The position numbers and the translations under genes were made by a program. A stretch of DNA of 64,000 nt from Massalongia carnosa. Lineage: Eukaryota. A model generated the notes under the pieces. It saw only the letters and a program-made list of their open reading frames with translations, searched no databases and was not told the DNA's origin. Positions 1 to 10,977 of the stretch are shown here, one piece after another. Where the stretch lies: the NCBI GenBank assembly GCA_965645245.1, contig OZ287072.1, forward strand, positions 1,178,001 through 1,242,000, given 5' to 3'. How positions within the stretch are numbered: position 1 is the stretch's first letter; every line of letters starts with the position of its first letter.

Positions 1-736
1 AATGCATCCAAAAGCATGCAGAGGCACGGCCAAATTTCCTCATCATGCAGGAGGGTTGACTGCAATTTTAGGTGTTCTAAGCGTTTGCTGACGATCGCCT
101 GTCTAAGCGAAAGCATCTTGATGTTATTTTCCCCAGCCTCCTCTTCTTTCCATTGGGACAGTGGCTAGTTTCAGCGGACAGGAGTATATCATGTCTGTAG
201 CCTCCAGTTCTCTGTGTTCGTGTGTATCCATACCATTGCCATTTTGATACCTATTGTGTTTGCGGCACACCTATAATCCGTTGCATCCGTATAAACTCTG
301 TACCTCTTTTCGAAACTCGTTCTGCATTGAGGGCTCTGTACTGCTCTGTATACCGTACATACTCTCTTCATCATCAATTGATTTCGTTTGCAAGCCAGAT
401 AGTATCAGACAGTGGTCGTCTAGGGTTTCTTTCTTCCTATACCTGATCCCTCCTCCATTTTGGTCCCAACCCTAAAAACTTGCCAAGGTGCATTCACCTT
501 CCTAGCCCTAACCCGAACCTTTTATCCGAAAACAATAGATTACATATCAACATACCACCGCCTCTTTCCCTCTCCCCTTCCGCTTTTACCTCGACCTTCT
601 TGTCCTTCGTTTCCTCGAAAACTTGTATCGCCGTTCTTTTCCCTGTCAGTCTTTCTTGTACGAACGTACATATCAAATTGGATTCAACCAGCATACATTC
701 TTTCGACTTTGCGGCTGCTGCGCCCTTTCCGTAATC

Positions 737-1574
737 ATGGCTCTCTCACTTGCATATATCCGCACATTGATCGTGCTCTGTCTTGCGTTGGTTTCCGCGA
801 CTGAATCTCATCCCACGCAAAATTATGAATTTCACAAGACCGATCTATCCACATACCACTTACCACTCTCGAATGGTATGTGCCTTCTTTTTCTTCTATC
901 TTAAACTCACTCTTCGATGCTGTTCACGATTAGCGCTTTCGAGGCGATTATCAAATCAGCTTCATTTACCAAACACTCCAAAACCCGCAAAGAACAGCAC
1001 CCGCTAATTTCAATCCCCAGGCTCCGCATCCCTCCCATCCTCACCCCACGGCACTAGTCTTAAAGCCATAACACTCGGCCGAGGCACCCAAAACTATACC
1101 TGCCAGCCCAAATCGGTTGCTCCCAACCTCGTTGGCGCAGTTGCGGATCTATACGACCTCTCCCACCTACTGCAATTCATTCCCATCCATGAAGCGACCG
1201 ATCTCTTCAACCTCCTACCAAACTACCTCATCGACTTCAGCCTAGCCAGCCTAGACCACACAGCCATCCCCCAGCTGGGCCACCACTATTTCGATGCCGC
1301 GGGCATTCCTACTTTCGACCTAGGTTCTGATATCGGCGTGCTCAAGGGCAAACGAGACGTCGCAATCGCAGCGCCGAAGTGTGCAAGTAAGGGTGCTGGC
1401 AATCAGGGAGATGGCGCTGTGGATTGGTTGGCGCTTTGCGGGGTGGAGGGAAGTCACGGGTTGAGCTTTGGGTATCGGGTGGAGACGGCGGGGGGGAAAG
1501 CATCCAATTCGTGCAATGGCCAACCGGAAAAGTTTGAGGTGCAGTATGCGGCGTTGTATGCATTTTTTCATTAA
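737..1574 (+). CDS. Secreted DUF3455-family protein (family often mislabelled malate dehydrogenase); 2 exons
   Basis: ATG 737 gives a signal-peptide-like MALSLAYIRTLIVLCLALVSA. GT..AG intron 876-1020. Exon 2 has the family motifs ITLGRGTQNYTC, GAVADLYD, GHHYFD, GAVDWL, YRVETAGG and VQYAALYAFF; TAA ends 1574. Confidence 0.85.
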
Positions 1575-2391
1575 TACGTTTTGAGAAGAAAAGTTTTTGG
1601 GGGGGGTTAGATCTTGGGTTAGCGTGGGAAGGGGCTGTACAGTTTTCTCCTTCCCTGTTATATGTGATCTGGGGAAAAGGGGTTTTCTTGGATTCTTTTG
1701 GACTAAAACATTTAGGTATATAGCATCATTTTAATACGAGAGAATTATTTTCAAAACTCATATACTTGACGTATGCAGGAAGAGTGAGTGAGGATGGGCA
1801 ACGGTGGTAGAGAAGTAGGAATGGAGCATGTAAAAACCCTTTAGCTCTTTCACCTCATAACCATTATTTCTGCTTCTTCGCATTCCTCAACTACATTCCC
1901 AGCTTGCTTTCCCTTGTCAACATCGAATCCGGCGATTAAGAACAACAAAATCCTTTTAGCCAGTACCAGTCGGCGTCAGCGTTCATAGTAAAACAAAACC
2001 CCCCTTCCCTTCATTTTTAGAGGTAAAGGGACGGGGAGTTTGTTGATGGATCGGTCGGTGGTTGGTGATTGATGGGTGTGTATGTTCTGGGGCTGATTCT
2101 AGTTCTCCGAGGAAAAGGGTTGGGAGGATGGGGAGACGTGAGACAGAGAGACTTGGGGCCAGTCGAGTGAAGCGGAGTTTTGCAGTCTGAGCCATTGGTG
2201 AACTGAGCGAGTGAGTTCTTGATTGGTTTTCTCGGAAGGTCTGCCGGAAGGGGTTTTCTATGTGTTGACGGAGAGCTTATCCTATACCACTTGCTCGCTC
2301 ACTCATTTCTACCTATCTTGTCGTTATGTCCGGCTTCTTCTCTGACTGTTCTTTCGATTCTCTTGTCCTCCCTTTCTATCTCCCTCCTCCT

Positions 2392-2412
2392 TCTCTCTCT
2401 CTCTCTCTCTCT
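2392..2412. repeat. (CT)n microsatellite
   Basis: About 10 CT units seen directly. Confidence 0.9.
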
Positions 2413-2883
2413 CCCTCCTCTACCAATCACCCCCTAATTACACCCCCCAACCGCGCCAGCAAATCACGCCAACATCTTCATTCTATCCTAAACCCCCAGA
2501 GCCTTCAAAGGAGATTTCAAAATCCCAATTCCATTCCAGAAACTACTCGTCGCTGCACTAAGCCAAGGAATACAAAGTGCTTGTTTACTTGCCATCTCTT
2601 TCCATCGGCCGGGGTTTTCTGCTTCTTCTCTGCTGTTGGGACTCGTATCGACCATTAACCAACCTATCTATCAAACGATACTTTCTCTCTTTTCAAATTA
2701 CTAATGTTACGGAAGCGGGGCCACGAGGAAGGAGTCAGAAGCCGACAAGCAAAACTTTCGAAACGAGAAAGTAGCCAGCCAATCAACGAGCAACGCGGAT
2801 TCGTCAAGTTCTTTCTCTGGAACCTATAATATCAAGTTTTAAAGTTGGATCGAGACTGGGAAGTAGAGCCTTGAGCTGGGCTG

Positions 2884-2907
2884 AAAGGAAAGGAAAGGAA
2901 AGGAAAG
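2884..2907. repeat. (AAAGG)n microsatellite
   Basis: About 4.8 units seen directly. Confidence 0.85.
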
Positions 2908-3529
2908 AGAAGGATGCAAGAGGCAACCGCCAGGGGGAAATTGAGTCTGCTTGTGCGGGGGCGGATTCTCTGCGGGGGCGGATTTTCTGTGTGTGGAGAG
3001 GGAGGTTTTCATTTAGGGGGGGAGGAGATAGGTGGGGGGCGGAGAGGGGGCCACGTAGAGAGGGAGTGAGGGACTGATTCCCTAAAGCCATTCATTTACT
3101 GGATCCATTCCATACCCCATTTGTGCTCTGCTCCATCTCCCATCGCCCTATCTAGCCATCTAGCCATCAGCCAACCCTTGTCCTGTCCCTGCCTTCTCCC
3201 CCCCCCCAAATCACCCTTCTTAAAATCCGCTCCAGCCTTTTCGTTCCCCTCCAATGAGGAGATATGTGGAGGGAAAGGGATGAATTCTCTATTTGGGGTT
3301 GAGATGAACAGCCAGGAAAGGACCAAATGAAGCTCTTCTTTGTAAAGGCTCATGCGGAAAATCAGGGTGCCTTACTTCGCCGATAAGTAGACATATAATC
3401 CTCATGAAAGCTTTTTTGGGGGGCGCTTCATCCTCTCTTCGCCAAGGCTCAAGCGTTCCAAAAGGGGGTGGGCATATATTACTGAATTAAATATTATAGA
3501 AGGTACCTGTCTATCCGTAAAAATGCCGC

Positions 3530-5147
3530 TTAGTATAGAAAACACAAACACAAGGCAGCCACCAGAAACAAACGCATGCTGCCTTGGGTGGAACAAACGG
3601 CGGAACAAAGAAGGAAGACGCCGTACACAAGCGTGAGGCTATTGATGGATGAATAACCCCTGATGCCAAGCGAGGTGCTGCTCGACGAAGACCCTTCCCG
3701 GCGCTTGACAAGATCTTGATCGAACGCTGGGCTATACGTCTGGCTTCGCGGCGCCGGTTGCGCGGGGAGTTGCGTGGCGTCTTTTCGTAAAACAACACCA
3801 AACCGACTATTCCCTTGGTCGAATATCTAAAGGGGTTTAGACGAGCATGATCCTCAGAGGTGTACCTGGAATATTGACTCACCGAATAAACCGACTTCAA
3901 GAATGTATCACCAAACACATCAAATGACAAGTCCCCCCGAGACTGAATTCCGCCATAGGTAAAGCCATCTCCTGCATCGGAAAAAGCCAAGTCTTCTTTT
4001 TGAATCGCAAACTCCTGGTCACTGACCGCAAAGCTTACCAACGGAAGCTGGCTGATGGTTGTGTTGGTAGGAAAGATGTAACCTTGCACCTTCGGCTCGT
4101 ATCTTGCCCCAGGAATCGCATCGTAGATGGCTGCACAAACGGAATCGTCAATCAAAGCCAGCGAGCTCCCAGTATCCGCCACAGCAGTATTGTCAAAGCG
4201 AGCCACTTGCCGGTCGCTAATGGTTGCGGTAGTGCTCTGGAACTGCCAGAGCCCTTGCGAACTATCCACATCGGCATAGTGAATCGGTTGCCCACCGACC
4301 GCCTTCTTATCAATGAAGCCAAAGGTATAGAATGACTTATGATCCCGATCCTTTGCGTCTCTGTAGGAGCTCAAATAGGCGGTGAAGAGTTGCTTGTCTA
4401 TTGGGATATTCCGCTGCGTCACCAGGTTCTCCGATGGCGTAGCAACGGGAAGCGGGGACACATGATTGATGAGTCCAAACGCAAGGCCGAGGAGCCCATC
4501 GCCAAAAACTCTTTGAAACAACGGTGAAAGATTGCTTGCAATCTCAATCGATTGATTCTTAATTTTCAGCCCTCCAAGGTTGATAGTATCTGTGCCGACG
4601 GTACCGTTAGCAGCCGAGCCATCGTTATAAGTAATCGTCCAAGTTGAGCCAGCGGTGGGCTTGAAAGTGCTGGATTTAGCTGGATTGAAGAGGTGGCGTC
4701 CAGATATGTTTGCGGTGGGCGGCAGTTGTGTAGACCAAAGCTGGTAAAATAGTCAGCTTTGGATTCAAGAATGGGATGCACGCTGCATACCCAAGTGTCT
4801 GCAGACCCGCTGTCGAAAATCAGATTGTAGGTTCTAGGAGGGGTCCCAACTTTGACGGGGCACAGCCATTCCAAATCATTCTGGATACTTTCGGCCGGAA
4901 CTTTCCCCACCCGCCCATGCTCGTCCTTATATTGTAGCTTTTGTTGCTGCTTTGCCGGCCTGCCATCTACCACCAACGGATGGGGCCCGAGCTTTTCTGG
5001 TTTTGCAAGCAGAGACACTGTCGTAAAAGGACCTGGCTTCGTCGGATTGAAGCCATACTTGTTGAGAAGATACCCATAGGCCTTGAGACCAGACCGTTCG
5101 CCGTTTAGATTGGGGACGAGCTCGACTTTGGTCAACTCGGATGTCAT
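3530..5147 (-). CDS. Pepsin-family (A1) aspartic protease, aspergillopepsin-like, with no N-terminal signal peptide; 3 exons
   Basis: Both catalytic motifs present (LIFDSGSADTW, AVADTGSSL), plus flap WTITYNDGS, GDGLLGLAF, YGGIQS and FGDTFLKSVY. GT..AG introns at about 4790-4742 and 3881-3828 restore the frame; TAA at 3530-3532. Confidence 0.92.
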
Positions 5148-5900
5148 AGCTTGGGACGGACAAAGGACGGTGACTAGGAACTCGTACGATCAAGGTATAG
5201 CCAATGCACAAGCGAGAGTCCGAGTGAAGTTGAGTGAAAGCAGGCTTAGGCCAATAATGACTCAAGAAAAGCAAACGACCAGCAGAATTGAAGCAGGAAG
5301 AGACAAGAAGGAAGAAGGAAAGAGGGTTATAGGAAAGAGGGTTATAAGAAAGTCTTGCATAATCCAGGTTGCAGAAGGGCTTGGTTAGGGCTTTATATAC
5401 AAAGGAAATAAGGAAGATGCAATGAGACGCTATTTCTTGGCCGTCACGGCTGAGTTAGGTCACATCATTGTTCATCATGTACGAAGGATTGGAAGGACGG
5501 TTTGCGCAGTCTGCGTTGGCTACACTGACAATGGTTGTCATACGAGTTCCGCGAGCCTGGGGGCGGGCGCGAGCTCTTTCCAGCGCACCGCCATCATGCC
5601 AAGATTCGGTGTTATCTCCATCGAGTAGGGGAGAAAGACCACAGATGGATGAAGCGAAGCAGCAGACGATGTCAACGGCCGTGTGCAGCTGCTGGAAGGT
5701 GCGTCTCCCTCGTCCCCCTCGTCCCCCTCGTCTTGCATGTCCCTTGGCAGTATGGCCTTTAACTTACCGACTCTCTGGGGGTTGATTGTCGCGAAGGCGT
5801 TCCAACATCAACCGAGTGTGGGGCCGTCTAAGGTAGCGATAGTATTTATTGTATTTTTAAACCCATGAGGCAAGGGGTTTTATTTTAATGGGAGCACCAC

Positions 5901-5940
5901 ATGGCGTGGCATGGCGTGGCGTGGCGTGGCGTGGCGTGGC
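5901..5940. repeat. (RTGGC)8 pentanucleotide repeat
   Basis: atggc/gtggc units in tandem, seen directly. Confidence 0.9.
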
Positions 5941-7299
5941 ATCATCGTATTGCAACATGCCTAAAGTCCAAGATCTCCGTTCTGACAGGTAGACGATGCA
6001 ATTACGGAGTAGTCAAAGGCACTCGGTATGGAGTAGCTAGTAGTACTTGGTATACGGAGTAGTTACCCTGGACCTTGTTTCGTATCAGAACGCCTTTTCT
6101 CCAAAATAAGACCCTGCAGTTCGCTTGATGCTCGGAAAGGCTGATGACTTTTTTCGTCTCGTGCTCATCAACTACCGATTCGGCTGGCGCTCGCCTGGTG
6201 GAGGATCAAGAAAACTGCAAAAAATAACCGTAGTTCAAACAAGTCCGTACATGATACTCTAGGTCATCCTTCTCAGTGGAAATCTATTCTCACGGTTCGC
6301 GGCACCCACGCCATCTAGTTACGGTGACTCACCCGCGCACCTTTTTCCCGGAAATGAAAGCACAGTGTAAAGTTGGAAGTGATTGTGGTGACTTCGGATC
6401 TACACATTGCGGGAAGTGGACCGGGTGTGTCGACGGAGCGTAGTTACTTCGTTACGCGGTGGCTGGAACGCAAGACATTCGCTGCCTAGCGCTTTGCGAT
6501 TTGTCCATTTACATCCGATCGCGTCTCGTTCATCCTCGTCTCCATCTATGCCTCGGATCTCTCTACGCCTGGGGATATGTACAAGGACTTGTGAACCGAT
6601 AGGTGAACCTGCATATACGTGTGGTTACATTGATTCGGAAGGGGAAAGCGATGAAGTTGCTTTTATTATCCCCCATTTCATGCGTCGACTTTACGATTCT
6701 CTTTGCATGATGAGGATGAGGTACGCCAATGGAGCAAATCCGATAGGGATGAAGGATCCGCCTGTGTGGGAGGATCTTGGTATCAAGCTTGTTAGTGGAT
6801 TGTGTACGGAGTAATGACAATTGTGCCCTCCCCGAATCAGGCTGCAGTTTCTTACTCTGCACGTCCGCCATGGAGCTTTACAACCCCTTCCTCCAGCCAT
6901 GGTCAAATTATTCAATACAAACCGCATTGACGAAGCTCAGAGAGCAGCCAGAGCTGTATTACGCCATGGCACAAAGCCGGTGTCATGACAGGCTGGTGCT
7001 TTGCTTGAAATTCCGATCGTGGGATATTTCTTCTGTTCAAAGAACGACCATGTTTGCGAAGAAGATACCGGTTGTACAGAGTAGTTTGTGCCTTCTGAGG
7101 CCAGCTACGTACTCTGTCCGTACCGAGTACTATGTACCGAGTACATGGTACCCGTGGCAACGACAAATGATATGAGCATCGACTTAGATATACGTTGTAA
7201 TCGCCGTCCAAATGGCTATGAAAGCACGGCTTTCCAATGTTCGAGCAGTCATACAAGCTAGATTGTAGCTTTGCACCCGTAGTTCTGACCAGTCTCTTC

Positions 7300-10240
7300 G
7301 AGCTCTTCGAGGTTGAAAAAGTGAACCTTGTGGAGGGTTCTAGCTCTTTTTATTGTTTTCGGTCTCTTAATCCGGTTATTTGGAAAATTTCAAGCAGTAT
7401 TACTCATTACGATTTAGTCTCTTTTTACGAAAGCTACTATCGAGGTTTGTGCTATTAACACTGACGTAGGCATGCTAATTCTTTTCAATTCTTGCGGAGA
7501 TATTTGGGTGCAGATTTGCGTCCCTGAAACCTCATGCCATAGTACGGCTTGCCTTCTTTGGAGAACCTCGTGGCGCAACTTTTCTTGTCGTTGGTCCCGT
7601 CCACTGGTTTCTAAACGGCCTGCATGGCTCGGAGGTTGAAAAACCTGTATTGCCTCATTTCAGCAAACGCGCTTCTATATTGACTACTCCCTGTCTCCAA
7701 GATAGGAAATAACTCATTTTGCGACGCCAACAAACGGCACAGGGCTACAATATTTTGGAAAAGATGCCCTCATGATCTCCGTTAGGGTCCCCGTTCCGCA
7801 AAGAGCAATAGCATGCCTAGAATGGATACTTTTTTTCGACGGTACGACTTGCCGCCAACGATGTAAGTCAAGATCGGGCCAACTAACGGGACATTAGCAG
7901 CAAAAAGATAGATGCCATATGGTTTAGCTCCGTGCCGGCCAGCGAGTTTCATGCGCGCTAGGGTAGACATCATGATACTATCTAAGCGATGATTTGGGCT
8001 TGTAGTCTCTGGTCAAGGATGATCAACTCATTTCTCTATGATATGTTCCTAATCTCTTATGACTATTGAATCCAGCTGGCATTTAAATGGTATTTAAAGT
8101 TCGATGGTAATGCTTAATGCAATGGGGAGATTGCAAATATGTTTTTCAAGAATCTATAGAACACGACTCTTTGATAAGCAATAAATCGTGAGGTTTCCTT
8201 GAAGTCTTCCTCTTATGTTCTTGTATTTCCCATGAGCAAAAGCTTTATTTCTTTGTTTTTCCAAATATAAAATGTGCCTTCTCCTATCAAGGCCTCTTTA
8301 CTCTAGTTCTTCCAGAGCACATAATAGAAGCTCGAAATCATCTAACTCCTGCGGAGTAGAGAAGGGAAATATAGTATCTTTCAACCCGAGAAAGAATGCA
8401 TTTATCTATCCGAACAACATCTCTAGCGTATGCCAAAAAATCTCGCTGTCGTGGAACCAAAGATCATAGAATGCTAACTGAGTTACTGAGCGGCGGTGCC
8501 TTGAGTGGATGGTGAGAATGAATCTCCGATGTTTGCACACTGGGCCCCAGCAGACTGATTGTTGTTGGATAGGCAGTTACACGAGATTAGGAAGGATGGG
8601 CTCTACGTTCCGGATATTGAGCATAATAGCTCGCAAAAATTTCGTGATTGTAGTGGTATGTAAATGATATCTTCGCCAAAGCCGAGGGCATCAAAGGGAA
8701 ATCAAGCGTTTGTCTGAGCTATAATGAAATTGGATGTAGACGCACGCATCGAGAATCTGTCTAGCATGTATACGGTAGGAGATACGCCTACGATTAGACC
8801 TACATTTATTACACCACCCTACACTCATGATTGCCCCTATATGGCCATCTACTCGATTCATCTCCTTGGCCATTCTTTCGACCATTTATGCGTGTCGATA
8901 AGAAAGCCCTTTAATATCGATAAACTGCATCATGTCTGACCAGCCACCTAGCCGCATGAATGAGAGTGGCTAAACAGCTGACTGAATATCTCAAGGTATC
9001 TAAGGGATAGGGCTTTCTATTTTCCAAACACAGGGCGCAAATCTTGCCATCCCCCACGATACAGGCAACAAGCTTAAAGATCGAGCCTGCACCCCTTGTG
9101 TCTGTCGGAATGGGTACTGGAGGCCATTAACGAGGGAGGAGGCCCCGGAGGAGAAAATGAATTGGGAAGCAAGTGGGATAATTGTTGTTTTGGGGCCTAT
9201 ATCCGGTGGGTTTTGGAAAGATTTCTCCCAAGGAGGTCTAGACTATGTTAGGGTGCTAGCAAGCAAGATAAATATATCTTCAAATGAAAAGTTTGAATGT
9301 ATCTGCGAAGAGATAGTTGTGGGGTATGTTGATACAAAATTTACGTTAGATGGAATATGGACAAAGGTGGTGGTGACGTAGAGCGGATTCTATGGAAGGC
9401 TTTACAGGAAGGATAAATTAAAGATTTGTGGCATTAAGCGGTTTCATATCTCTAGAGTATCAAAAATGCATGACCCTTCGCCAAAGGCCAATAATATCTT
9501 AACCTATTACCGTCCTAAAGGAGAGCCGATAAACATTACTCAAGAGTAGTAACGAAGCCCACCTGCAGCCGAGGAGGGAAGATTAGAAAAATCCATAGAA
9601 ACCTGGATTCTCGAATACCTTCAGCCATTCTCAACACCTCTCCTCCCCCTTTCACCTCGACAGCGGACAACTCTCTTCTCGTCGTCGGCATCCTCGCTCC
9701 TGCCTTTGGCACCCAAGCCTTCTAAGCATATCGAGCTACCATCACATATGGCATGGTAGCCGTTATATTGGCCAGTACTTTCACATCTATCTTTCTCGGT
9801 AGATACTTCTCCGCGCCTGCCCTCGTCATCTCGGTTGGTTCATCTGGGATGTTTGAAACCTCTCTGAGCTCTTCTTGCTGCAGTTTAGTGTAGGCCGATA
9901 GCATTGGCAATGCTTCTTCGGCGAAGAAAGGCTCTTCTTTCCTCTAAAGCATGAGATCTATCGTGGATGCAACGAGCTTGTTTGTCCGTTGCTTTATAAG
10001 AGATACCCAAATCCATTCAACGTCTTCAGGGTTGCAAATGACGCGCAAGCCGTTTGAAAGCCCCTGGAAACATTCGGCAATTTGAGGGCTTGTGAGTTTG
10101 TCATAATAGATCCCGGCAAGAAGTATCCTGGTAATTTTCTCGTCTATAATAAATAGAATGTCTACCATCGTCTTTCGCCGTGATCCTGGGCTAGGAGTGG
10201 AAGCCTGTTGTTCTATTAACGGAAGAGCTTTTACTCAAGT
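7300..10240 (-). pseudogene. Decayed gene(s) of unknown family
   Basis: Minus-strand ORFs 9944-10168 and 9722-9910 share one frame and are separated only by a TAG; the frame runs about 230 codons with 2 internal TAGs. A second minus frame (about 8480-7300) reads as protein-like text (FPFSTPQELDDFELLLCALEELE*RGLDRRRHILYLEKQ) with scattered stops. No family recognised. Confidence 0.45.
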
Positions 10241-10977
10241 TCGTAGGAATAGAGCAAGTAGATATATGCAACTAAGAAGGCATTGACTTGATTAGGGAAA
10301 TACGAAAGCACAAGACAAAAATTAATCTTACTCATTTGAGTAATCTGATGATGAAACCCTCGAGGCAAGTCTGAAAGCTACCTAGGGTGTATAGGAGAAA
10401 TTATTGCAGAGTGATGGATGAGATGATTTTTAGTAGCCATACGAGAGAGAGCAAGCTTATACACAAAATAGTAAATACTTATTTACGCCCTATGAGGTAG
10501 ACCATCGATAGTAATTGGAAGGATTGAATGAGCTTCGTGGCGTCAAGCGAAGAGCACGCTCAAACATCATAAGCAGCATGATCATGGAACCTCATGTAGC
10601 TGGTAATGGCTTACAAATCTACCAGAAATGTAAAGGCATCCATTAATCAACTTGAACAATTTCGAAAGCAGGAGATTTACCATAACGGCCACAAGGTTCG
10701 CGGTCTTCGCAACGGTCTTGTCAATCAGGGAGCCATTCGTAGGAATCAACGCCAAGCCAATCCTATAAAGGTTATTAGCTTATAGGCGGGAAAGAGATTC
10801 AAAATAGATAGTAATCTAAAGTTTTGAAGGACGAAAAGCATATAATCTGCAGATTAACAGCATAAAGCTATTATCTACAGGATAAGAGGCGCCTCTAGAT
10901 ACAATGACAAAATTCCAAAGAAAACTCTTAAGAGCCAATAACGTAGGCTTAAAACCAAGTCCCCGAGACAGAGGGCC

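Noticed and set aside
1800..3353. Short ORFs between the DUF3455 gene and the protease
   Set aside because: Low-complexity purine/pyrimidine tracts explain the open frames; no domain recognised.
6407..7256. Overlapping 100-135 aa ORFs and a GTAC-rich stretch
   Set aside because: Mostly non-ATG starts, no motifs and no consistent exon structure.
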